From positions 35,904 to 99,903 of the forward strand of contig WELA01002099.1 of NCBI GenBank assembly GCA_009602735.1: a DNA stretch of 64,000 nt, in the 5' to 3' direction. The notes under the pieces are model-generated. The model saw only the letters and a list, made by a program, of their open reading frames with translations, was not told the origin of the DNA and made no database searches. A program made the position numbers and the translations under genes. Origin of the DNA: Mesotaenium endlicherianum. Taxonomy: Eukaryota. Position 1 is the first letter of the stretch. Every line of letters begins with the position of its first letter. This document shows positions 24,351 to 36,143 of this stretch, in pieces.

Positions 24351-27300
24351 GTGAGGGGATTCACATGTATATTGGCAGCATTTGTGCTTTCTTAGTTATG
24401 CAAAACCAACGCCTACCCTCATCATGGGATGCATCTCTTGCCCCCTGTTATCAAAAAATTGGCTTCTTGTATTTTAGATGGCTGCTGCCCCCATGAGGGC
24501 TTCCCTGTCCAGATCTGCCAAGCCACATTGGAGCACCCTCATATGGTAGTCGGAGAAGTTGTAGTCAATTATGTGAATGTTTGTCGCTTCTTTGGTTTAA
24601 GTTCCGCATTGCCATTCATTTGTGTACTATCCTCGCCCAAGCCTTCATATTCCACTGTAGCACGTTCAATAATCAATAAGTCTACATTTTGCGCTCATGT
24701 CGACTGTAGTTATTGCTCCACCTATTGCCTCCTGCCTTTTTCCTATTCACTCTCTTACCTGTAGTTACCAAATTCATACTTTCTTTTCTAAAGCTCAATG
24801 CTTCGTGTGGCACCCTTACCCCTAAGATTGACATCATCTTTTACTCTTGCAACAAATCATACCTCTTCAAGCTATATACTTTTTGCAAACCATATAATAA
24901 TGCCACTAAACGTCAACACCAAGTCCATAACCATTATTATTGCCCACATGAAAATTATGACATAGTTTCATTAACAAAAGCCCATTGGAGGTCATTGGAT
25001 GCACCGTGGAAAAATCAACAAAATGTTGCGAAGAATTCGTATTGAAATTGCTCCTACTTCTTGGAAGGCACACTAAAGTATGGTAGGGAGCTGTGCTCAA
25101 AGCCTAACTTAGGTGAAGACGTGAATTTCTCCAAAAACTATACGACAAATGACGGGTGGGTGGAATTTCGAACGGTACTAATCTGCCCCCAGTGGAACCT
25201 CAATTGTACAAACTGTACTCACCGTACGCTTGAAGTGGATGGCAACAGGACATGTAGGCAATTCATCGCCTCTTTCCCAATTTTGAGCTTCTCGTGGACA
25301 ACACTCATGAGCACACCCACGCACTGCAGCACATCCCTTCAAATCTCCATAACCCCCATTTTTCCAGTGTACGCTCGCATATGAAGTCATGGCACCTTTG
25401 CCTTCTCCGTATGATTCACTGACGTATGTAGACATTAAGGACCTTTATGAAGCAATCAAATCCAAGGCTGACGAGTCTACCCGTGAGTGGAACGAACGCA
25501 TGGAGCTCATTTTTGAACAAAAAGAACGTCTACAGGCCAAACAAACTATATGATGTGGACATAGCCATTGACCTTGTGCCAACGTTTGAACAAGGTCCTG
25601 AGTATGAAAGCGAGTTGCAGGCCCGGAAATCCACAATTTTGTTAAGGATGAACAAAGTAGAGGAAGACCATCAATTCATGAAGGCGTTGAGATAGAATTT
25701 GCTAGCAGTGTGCTGTACACTTTGAGTTCTTGGACTTCGTGAAGTCCAAACTTCTTGCTTTCCAGGGAAAATGTAGACCACAATTAGATGTGTACCATCT
25801 AGTGAATAATGGCAGTGACACTTTCAAAGCTTGGTTGCGTGGTGATCGAGGTGCTTCAAATCAAGAAGCCTTGATGCACTGGATTTGAGCTGTTGTAGGG
25901 CGTTCAACAGCTTACATTGTCGGAGGGAATCTAGTGAGTCCCTCATCTACCCCTCTACAATTCTGAAACCACATATGTGTTCACTGTTCCCTCCACTCCT
26001 CTGCTTCTTTTACGTTGGTGTGTGAAAGGCTGCTAGTTAATAAATTAAGGTCAGTGGAACACAAACTCAAATCAGCATTGTAGAAGAGCTTGCAGGCTGT
26101 CACACACACGTGCCCATATCCACACTTTCACATGGCCACACAAATGCATGATAACGCACATATGCATGCAAATGCACAAGCTTACATTTGCACATGTGCA
26201 GAAACATGCACAGACTGACATACATGCAGCCACACACAGCCCCGCGTACAGCTAAACATGGGGGTGCACATGTCAGCCATTGGGTTGCCGAATGTCCAAT
26301 TGTCAGGCTATGGGGGCAGGGGAGGGGGAGGGGAGGGTAGGGTACAAGGAAGAGAAGCAAAAGAGGAAGATGGAATGAGAGGGAGGAGAGGGCTCTACTG
26401 CTGGTGAAGGTGCGCCTTATTGCTGGCAGGTGACAATTGGAGCTGCGGGGATGTTGACCTGGTTCAGTTTGTAAGTAAGCTACAAGTCTTTCACCGTGTA
26501 GTATGTACTCGGCCGTTCACTACCTGTCCTAGCTCACTTCAGCTCACTTCATATAATGCAGGCACCAGGGTTAGGAGTCATAACGCCCTGGGTTGGTCAT
26601 GTTTGCTTTGTAAAGAATTGGTCTGGCAGGCAATTGGAGGAGCTGCGCGACCATGCTGCTGGTGCAGGTGGCCCAGGGTATGGTCTTGCATAGGCTGACC
26701 CCGCCACCCCCGCATCGCGCAGCGTCTCCATTGCCCATTAATCCTAGTAAGAATGACTGAACGCAAGCACTCACCCTACACAAGCCTGTATCCCTATTTT
26801 TAACCCATGCTGTTGTACTTGTGCAAGCAATCCTGTCGTACACATGGCATGGTGTACCACGCAAACTGTGAGCCCTTTGTCCGCAACAGCTTACATTCTA
26901 TACTTCGCAATTTTCTTTTGTGCCAAACTTGTTTTGACCCACCTAAGTCCTCACATAACAATGCATTGCGTCGTGTGGTTGTAGTCATATTTGAACCAAG
27001 AAACAGCCCACATGGGCTGGTGATTAAGTGAAGACGCTAGGCAGTTCGTGTATGAAAGCATAATTGAGCGTAGGCTACCATCACATGTACCTGTACTACG
27101 GCCAATTGTGCAAGGCAGGAGTAAAAGTTTGTAGTATTTTTAGTCCACCAACATGAATAGCAAAACTTGTATCCATTCATGTTTCACAGCGTCGCAATCT
27201 CCAGTTTTGAAGGTAGAATAGGAAACATTATTCAGCGCCATGAAAGATTAATGCAAGCATGAGTAAATCTGAAGGCAATATAGAGAACATTATCACAAGC

Positions 27301-27618
27301 CTTGAAAATGTTATGTAAGCATCAGTGAAATTGAAGGGAAAATAGAGAAAAAATGTTAAGCCTTGAAAGCGTAATGTAAGCATAAGTTGAACTATAAGTA
27401 CATAATGAAATATTAAAAGTCAAGTACATACTAACAAAGGACAACGAGGGGCAACAAAGTAGACCTCTACAGGCAATGTATCTAAGCAGACGACGTGTCC
27501 TCCTGGTGCACATCTTCAGACACCTGTTCATTTAGTATTTCTGTAGTACTAGTACTACGATGTGTGTGAGATGTCTGGTGACTTCCAGGTCGCTGGGCTA
27601 ATAGCTTAACAGCAACTA

Positions 27619-29374
27619 TCAGCCCTGGCCTACCGACTGCACGACACTCAGCTTTTGCTTCAAGAGCAGCATAGAAACTTCATGCTTCTCTACAACTAGC
27701 TTCATACGCAACTCAAGTTGACACGCCATTGACTCTCTCTGGACATCAATAGAAGCAGAGTTGCATTTCTTGTGGGCAAGTATCTGATTATTAAGAACGT
27801 TGACCATGGCATCCTGCCTCTGCGCATTTGCAGCTACCATATCTGTGAGATTCATATCATCACCAGCACATCTTCTCTTCTTCCTACCGACAGAGTTAGG
27901 ATCTACAGTACCAGGTGGCGTAGGTTGAGTGAGGGGGGTGAGCGGTGACACGCCTGGTCCACCACGCAATGACATTGCTGAGCACGGGCTGGAAGGGGGA
28001 CCTACAGGCCTCACGGGAGTTTGTGGAGCTGAGGAAGGCTGGGTTGCAGGTCTACCATTAACACCTCGTCCACCCTCCACACGCACTGTTGTCGGACGAG
28101 CAGGCGAGGCTTCTCCTTGTTGTAGAGATGGATTTCAGACATCGTCAGCAACAGCGTCATCACATGCTGCAGCTCCAGCTTGCGCCCCCACAGAAGCTGT
28201 AGCTGCGCTCGCCTCACCTGTGCGTGGTGCACCTGCTGCCGCCCCTGTGGACACACCAGTTGGTGCAGCACCTGCACAGCATATTGAGATGCAACATAAG
28301 AGGGCTTGAAAGCAGGGAGGGGTCACAAAGCATAATGCTAAAGTAAAGTAGATATGAGCACAAAGAAGAGAAGGCCACCCCGTGCACCAACAACAACTCA
28401 CTACGCAGCAGCAAGAGAGGTCGGAAGAGAAGAGCACACTGCACACAGGCATTCTGTCCTGCAATGATCATCATGTATATTGCACACGCCATCCTAAAAC
28501 GTAGCTTGATACCCATAGGTAGTGAAGTATATCACTTGGCCTACCCTTTCACTGAAGCTTAAAAAATGATAGCTGTCTTGATACACCAGCATCACCAGGC
28601 AGCACCAGGCAGCAGAAGAATGCAACAGGTTCACATACGAAAGAGTACGAAGCATCGTACTCACAAATTCATAGTCAGCAATAAATGAATACCTTGCCAA
28701 ACATAGACAAAATACAAGATACAAGAGGAGGCACCTGCGGATGAAGCAGCTGCTGCTACTGCCGTCCGTTGAGCAGCTCGTTGTTCCATCATCGCGTTGT
28801 GGTCTTGTTCACCGGCATTGTGGTATGCAGGACAGCCTGATGTTTTCCTTCTCCAATAGTCATACACTTCCTCGTCTGGCCAATTAACATCAGGAGTTAT
28901 ACGACAAGCCCTCTTCTGGTCCCTACTCATATTGAAGTAGGAAGGATAACCAGTAGGGGTGTTCATCTCATGATCACATATTCTTTTAAGGCCCTTGTAC
29001 AACTTAGGCCTGAACTTACGCACGGCCATTGAAGTTCTGTCCACCCCTGTAAGAAAAAGCAATTTCTTTGTAATGGTATTCCACTGTTCGGCAGAAGCAG
29101 TAAACTTAGCATCTATGGCCTCCGAGTCCTCTTCCTCCTCCCTGATGTCATATACGACCTCCACCAACTGACGCTTCTCTTCTTTGGACCAGGACAAGCC
29201 CCTGCCTACAGCTTGATTAGCACCTTCCGCTTCAACAGGCGTGAGGACTCCAGCTGCAGGAAGTGCAGGAGTAGGCGAAGTGACACCTGCTGCCTCCTGT
29301 GCAACAAAGTCTTGGTAGAGGAAGTCACCGAAGCCTCCATGAAGCGGTTGCAGCCCAGCAACATAAGCTGCCAT
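27619..29374 (-). pseudogene. Harbinger Myb/SANT-like DNA-binding partner gene; exons 29374-28735 and 28271-27619, with an in-frame TGA at 28135-28137; further 5' exons (e.g. from 30469) are possible
   Basis: LSWSKEEKRQLVEVV...QWNTITKKL...RTSMAVRKF...YFNMSRDQK resembles a trihelix/Myb-SANT domain. The phase-1 intron is consistent. The same frame continues past the stop into a coiled-coil-like C-terminus. It lies inside the TIRs, convergent with the transposase. Confidence 0.8.
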
Positions 29375-32300
29375 TCTTGCAGCATGTGTATCCAAGGGCG
29401 TGGACAGTGTATCCTGACAAACATAGCGATGAGCAAGCTTAAGTAAGAGACTTTTTTTGTTGTAAATGACAACCTGCATCAGATGAGAATATGGAAAGAA
29501 ACACATGACCTAGCACAAAGCGCATGAAGACTATATATCCTGCTGGAAAGTAGCAGACGGGGGCCCTAGTTGGGGTTTCACGCCTTGTGATGGAAGGTTC
29601 ACAATACCCTAACACATCCCGCAACAAAAAGTGTATGCACGACTTTAAAGATGTCACCAAATGCAGCCTCTGTAGGGGGGTCTTTACGTGCGCACTATGA
29701 ATAAGAGGCAGGTGGAACACAAGCATAGTTCGAGTGGGGTGCACACATGGGCGAGTAGAAGTTTACCAACTAACCTGCAGCATAATGGGCTGGAAGGCAG
29801 GCCCAACACTCGTCGCGGGCTGAGCTGTGGCTGAGCACCCCACCTGGGATAACTGGAGCCAAAAAACAGGACGTAGTGAGACTATAGGGAGTGCAACATG
29901 TCCTGCAGGGCCTCTGAATGCATCGAACATAGTGGGTGTTGAAGAAGTACAGCATGAAGACACTTTGGGCAAACTATAAGAGTAGAGCTCCACAAACGAG
30001 GGACATGTTGATTTCATGGTAGCTGGGCTCCGAGTAAGGGTTCGACGTGTTGCACTAGAGTAGCTTGAGAAGGAGATGTCTGGTTGAAGTTACCCTGTAA
30101 TGGAAAACTCTTAGGAAGTTACCAAGGCATTCTTTAATTGTGGGTGTTTGCAATAGTCGGAGAGAACATATGAAAGATGATTGATGCAACACGGGAGAAG
30201 TCAGGGAGGAATACCAGGGGCTGGCCGCCCATCGTCAATTGCTGATGGGAGGGGGCAACCATAGCAGATGCTGGTAGTGAACAATATGTAGGTCCTGAGA
30301 GCAGTGAAGCCTGGTTGCCATTGTAGGCATTGGGTTGCGAGTAGTAATGGGATGGAGCCACTGCAAGAAACTGTGAGGCTGGGGGTCGCATGGGACAGAG
30401 AGAAGAACTTGCAGATGCTTGAGAGTTTTGCGAGTTCAAATTCCGGAGGTTCCACCTCGTAGGGTCCATGATGAACTGTGGCGTGTCCTACAGTGCGGAA
30501 TTAAGTGTAAGATAACATCTTGGGGCTTATATATGCTGTAAATGCAGGAGCTATAGTATACTGTGCAAGAGTTGTTTGTTGTGCGATAAGCACAATAAAT
30601 GGAGGAAGTTCAAAGCGAGGTTGTAATTGTCGACTTTCAAATTTGGGAGTGAAATTTTGGCGAAAGTTTGAAAGTTTTGAGCCCAATTTTTGAATGACAT
30701 TCCACTGTGGGCATTATGGTTTGAAAAGTAGAGCTCGTGCGCGTGTGGCAGCGCAGTCTGACGTCTGACAAACATACCAAAGGAAGTCTTTAAACGATGA
30801 GCGTACAGACCAATAGGAGGGCTAAGAATATGTAGACATCGAGTTTTGCGAGGCATGAACGATACAACAACATGTCGTCGACGAATGTCTCTTGCGAGTG
30901 GCCCATAGCCTATCGTGTGGCCTCATTCTGGTTAAAGGCACTTTACCGGTTTCAAGCCTCAACTGGCTTCAACCGCCCCGCACAACGAAGGAAAATACCG
31001 GTTAAAGGCCACCGCAAGTTGGCCACATCGGCAAAATCGTACGACGCTTATTTAGCTTTTAAGTACAAATTTGAAGTCGTGGACGCCTATGGAGTCATTG
31101 CTGCGTCAAAAAACTCGATTAATGAATTAGGGCAAGTTATAGTCCACCAAAGAGCTCTAATGGGCCCGTACCCTGAGCCAGGGGCTGCAAGCACTCTGCG
31201 AAATATCCCATTTACATGTGTGACACCAGGGGTCATCGAAGAGCACCGGGCTTCTCTGTCGAATTTTTATGGGAGTATGAGAAAGCGATGGTACTGTTTG
31301 GTATCTCCTAGCTACCTATCTCGTTCATTTGTGAATAACTTACAAAGGGCCTTGAGGCTTGAGTTCGACTAAAATTTGTCGGTACTTCAAAAGTCTTGTC
31401 GTATTTGTGAAATCTTCAACGAATCTTTGAAATTGAGTTAAGTGGGTCATAGTGCGGGGACATTTTAGCAACGTTCAAGTTGGTTCAAGCTGCTTGACAA
31501 AGCTTTTTAATTTTTGTTAATTTGAAAACTTGAAACCATTCTCAGGTCGTCACAACTTGAAAATCTTCAACAGGATAAAGCTAAACATGACAGAAAAATC
31601 GAGTGAACGTGGTATGATCTAGTGTCGTCAAGCTACGTGCCTCGCTGAAGCTTGAGCGGAATTTGAAAAAAGTGTTGAGTCGTCAAAAAGCTGATTGACC
31701 TAGCCCAACGTGACAGGTGAGCAAGCGTGAACGCTGGAATCAAACGCGGCAACCTTGAGAGCAGTCCATTTGCGCGTGTCATGTTGCCGTCATATCATGT
31801 TCGCGTCAAGTTCTCCGAAAAAAAATCTAGAGTGTAGATGCTCGAACTGATGCTTCTGCGATATTATGAAAGCTTTCTTATTGTTCTTGTACGTTTACCT
31901 CTTGATCCGGAAGTACTTATAAACTAGCCCACGTGTTAAGGCAAGATTGTAGTCGCAACACCACCCTACAAGTGCCTACAACTCCCAAGGCGCGTTCAAC
32001 CCTGGTTCAACCCAGTTGAACCACCCTTTTCATGTGCGTGTCTACCTGTTGGTAGTCAACGGCAGGTCGTTAGTTTTCTTTATAAAGTGTATGTTACAGC
32101 AGGTTACTACACGTCTTCACCTGTCAGGTCCTCCGCGCCTCAGCCATGGCACCCGTCTTTCAAGGGCATGCTCCATGCTTAAGTCTCTGACCTTCCGTTT
32201 CCCTTATTGGATGAGGGCAATAGCTCGTCCACTTCATTTATGATCGCAGAACTGCACAAATGTGAATATGCACCCAAGTTGGCATTCAACGGCCTCCATA

Positions 32301-34491
32301 ATTATTTCAGTAGCAACATAACACCCACAACAATCAGCTCTTATTGCCTTCATCAGTTATTATTCAAAATTCAAGCCAAAAGTGCTATATAAAAGATAAT
32401 ATATAAATTTTCAAAATATGAACCACAGTCCATTCACAACACATGAAGCAATAAAAAGTGCTTGTATAAGTCACATATAGTTGATTAATTAAAACCTTAC
32501 TTCACACCCTCATGTTGTACAAGTCACAATTTGACCCGTATCGATCGACGGGAATATATATGGATAGAAATCCCATCTCAATCCTGATGGGTAAAAAATG
32601 GACTCAAATTGGTTATCTTTTCAAAAAAACTTACATGAGATTTCTAGTTCATGGTTATATTAAGTATGGTCAGTAAAGCGGATGTTACAAGAATTTAGTA
32701 CTTGCAAAATTTTTGAGATACTTAAAGGTTTGGACTCGACAATGAACTTCCCAATTTTTAAAAGTCATCAACGTGACAATCCAAGTTTTTTTTCTGTTGC
32801 AAGTCAAACTTCGTATCCTGACCATGTATTCGTCCGCCGTGTATGGGTGAGAACAATTATATGGAAGTTTACTTTTAAAAGTATCATAGAATTGGAGGAG
32901 TTTGTTTGATTGAATGGGCTTCAAAAAACCCATTTGGGGCTTTGAGGCTTCTCTAAATCCTATACCAACACCATAAATACAAGTTGATGCCATTGTTTTG
33001 TTTATCGAAGTCTTTTACGTACTCGGCACATATCAAGGCAATTGCAAGAAATAGGTGATAAGAGGAAACGTGGAAAAAAGTTGTTCGCAACTATGAAATA
33101 ATGCACAAAATTATGTATTGGTTACCTCGTTGACTCGTTTATTAGTCCATTAGCACGAACGCATTAGGCTGCCGGAAGTTGCGTCACATTTATTTGTCAC
33201 TTTGGAAGTTGTTAAAAAAATCTAGACCTCTTGAAAAACAACTTCATGTGATTCAAAATTGCCAAAAAAAACTCATTTGCATGTGACATTAAGTGGGCCA
33301 ATAAGAAACAACCGCAGATGACCAAATTACAAATGAAAAATATTTAAGACTCACTAATGTTGTTAAAACATTTACAAGAGTGCACAGTCCCTTCTGACTT
33401 TTCTTCATTCGTATGTTGTTTACTCAACAGCCATTAATAAAATTTCTCTGCTCCCAATTCAACGCGCTGTTTTTGGCAAACAAGTAACAATTTTCTACCT
33501 TCTCACTTGGGATTTGTAATCCACACATTATTCATTGGAAAATCACGAGGCTGCACTTCCCACCTCAAATTTTATGTGTTTGCCAGTAATTGCGTCAAAA
33601 ACCCACTTCATTTTGGGTCTCGTGGTGGACTCGTTTCAGGGTGCACATATAACAACTTAAATTCTTAACTAGGTCTCTTTTTCTTGCTAGGCAATCACGC
33701 AAGATGCATCACTTCCATCTTCCTTTTGAAGCTCTTCACAAACTATAGCAAATGGCCAACATGCACATGATTGTAATGGCAACTTTTTACCTCCAGACAG
33801 TAAAATAATTTATGAGAGTTGTTTCAATTCCAAATTAGGCCAGCCGGACCTGTGCAAGTATACATGCATCGATATAAGTTGCACACTACACGTTGAGTTC
33901 TGTGCCGAAATGGATTGAACGAAAACGGTTCAAAAAATCATTGTTCTCATATGTAGCAATCTGGCTGATGGAATGCCCTCACAAGACACTTATATTGATG
34001 CCTCGACACTGCGCAAACAACTTACATCAATGCAATTGAAAGGAGCAGCAACCACTAAATATGATTATGAAAAAACTGCATACTGCAGCAATTTGCTCGA
34101 TAAACAAGGCTGACGGCTGAGCAGGGCATACATCTGACATTATTAGTGACGTACAAATGTCCAACCTGACTATAAAACATAATCCTACATGCTTACAGAA
34201 TTCAGCCATAGGCTTTCCCCCCCCATGTTGGCTGATGTTAAACTACATCGTACATCAAGATCCTGCAAATAAAATGAATCCGTGCTCTCATCGTCGCAGC
34301 CATCTGGATCTCAACTTGCTATTGGCCTACACCAGTGAGCACCACCAGTAAATAGCCGCAAAGCCCTATAGAATAGCCTCTAGCCGTAGTGCTCTTGCAA
34401 CAGTCGACGTTGGGCGGAAATAGGAAGAGGAGGTGACTTGATGAAGGGGGGGGGAGGGGGAGGTGACTNGGGAGGGGAAGGAGGAGGTAAA

Positions 34492-35159
34492 TGTAATGAA
34501 TCAATCCATTATTTATTTGATTAATTTCACATACAAATACAAACCTAAAGAAGTATTATGTCAACATACTCACATGTGCGAGTTCATATAAATGAATGTA
34601 TGTCAATATAATGGGAGTTCACTAACTTTGTCAAAAAGGTCAGCAGGATGACTTTTGTATCATAGTGTAGTTTGCTGACTTTGTTGAAAAGGTCAGCAGG
34701 ATGACTTTTGTACCACAAAATAGTTTGCTGAGATTTACATATCAGTTATATATAGGATATAATATCAGTAGGTTGACATATAGTAAGCTCGCTTGGTATT
34801 AGTCAGTATACTTAGCTTCAGTATGCTGAGAATAGATATATTAATATAGATTATTATTTGTAGATTGGCACATGTGACCGTAGTGTACTTGAAGTCGGGA
34901 GGTCAATTGAGATTCCGTAAACCGATGCCCTACCACTGTGGTTGACTCCTGGGAAGGCGGAGCCGTCGTCACTCAACTGGGCAGTTAGGACTTCAGTCAA
35001 CCGACCAATTAATATGGTCGATATACCAAGATCCATGGGTCCCAACTTAACGGGTTTCCCACGAAACGGCGCACCTTGCGCCGTGGTCAACCAGGTGGTC
35101 ACTAGGTACATAGCAGGCTGGGATCTTGTGGTCCCTCATTCTGGACAGTAGGCTTTACA
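34492..35159 (+). mobile_element. LTR-like sequence distantly related to the family B LTR; right end and TSD uncertain
   Basis: Starts with TGTAATGAATCA, identical to the start of the family B LTR (51170). It has similar CAGCAGG/GCTGAC motifs and shares a ~50-nt core (34918-34967). A plausible ...TTTACA end is at 35159. No TSD was found, and an N at 34469 suggests a nearby join. Confidence 0.55.
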
Positions 35160-35780
35160 GTCGGATTTCTACTTGCAAGTCATGTGTGCACTTTTTGGGT
35201 TCGTTCTAATGACCAGCCTTCATAGAAGTTCACATGGCTGCTTCGTCTGCGCTCCAAATGGAGAGAACTAGGACTTTTCAGAAAGATCTTGTCAAGATGC
35301 ATCCATTTTTGCTAACTTTGCTTAGTTTGGAGCAGTATTGACAGAGTTATGCCTTTTGACATTTCGGGGTCACACAGCGGACAGACGCCATGGTTTTGCA
35401 TCTAAGTCAGTGGAATGTGTTTTGGCTACTTTATGGTCATCTGAATAAGAGCGCCTTTGCTATTCAGTTCTCTAATGTTGTGTATGTGCTTATACATGCT
35501 TGTATGCCTGGTAGGCAAGAGGTCATGAGTTTCTAAAGGAGAAGCTCTAGTCCTCAAGCTTGCCTCTTTCTTGTGCCTGGTATTCGTGTGCAACTATGGC
35601 ACACTACGATAAGTGATTCAAGGGTTATATATGAGTAAACGGAATTCATTATAAGGGCGAAGATCGCTCCCTGATTTCACACGCTTCCACCTATCTCTGG
35701 TCTTATATATTTAGATGAAATATATTTATCTTGAATAAGCAAGATTCATTTCAGGGAAGGAGGGGGAGGGGAAGGAGGGG

Positions 35781-36143
35781 NNNNNNNNNNNNNNNNNNNN
35801 NNNNNNNNNNNNNNNNNNNNNNNNNNNNNNNNNNNNNNNNNNNNNNNNNNNNNNNNNNNNNNNNNNNNNNNNNNNNNNNNNNNNNNNNNNNNNNNNNNNN
35901 NNNNNNNNNNNNNNNNNNNNNNNNNNNNNNNNNNNNNNNNNNNNNNNNNNNNNNNNNNNNNNNNNNNNNNNNNNNNNNNNNNNNNNNNNNNNNNNNNNNN
36001 NNNNNNNNNNNNNNNNNNNNNNNNNNNNNNNNNNNNNNNNNNNNNNNNNNNNNNNNNNNNNNNNNNNNNNNNNNNNNNNNNNNNNNNNNNNNNNNNNNNN
36101 NNNNNNNNNNNNNNNNNNNNNNNNNNNNNNNNNNNNNNNNNNN
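35781..36143. other. Assembly gap (N run); a smaller gap at 17149-17182 and single Ns at 1083, 5624, 34469 and 40392
   Basis: Runs of n in the sequence. Confidence 0.99.

Larger units (their letters stand above)
21775..31173 (+). mobile_element. PIF/Harbinger DNA transposon, 9.4 kb, with ~30-bp TIRs and a 3-bp TSD (TGA)
   Basis: The left end GGGTACGGGCCCATTAGGAGCTCTTCGGTGG (from 21775) is the reverse complement of CCACCAAAGAGCTCTAATGGGCCCGTACCC (to 31173), with 1 indel and 1 mismatch. TGA flanks both ends (21772-21774, 31174-31176). It encloses a Harbinger DDE transposase and a Myb/SANT gene. Confidence 0.92.

Noticed and set aside
29763..30469. Separate gene from ORFs 30134-30469 and 29763-30017
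   Set aside because: These are low-complexity S/P/Q peptides on the same strand just upstream of the Myb/SANT exon. They are more likely its 5' exons or non-coding, and I could not phase them.
31177..34440. Short ORFs in the AT-rich interval
   Set aside because: No recognisable motifs, splice-consistent chains or terminal repeats. Treated as intergenic or decayed repeat DNA.
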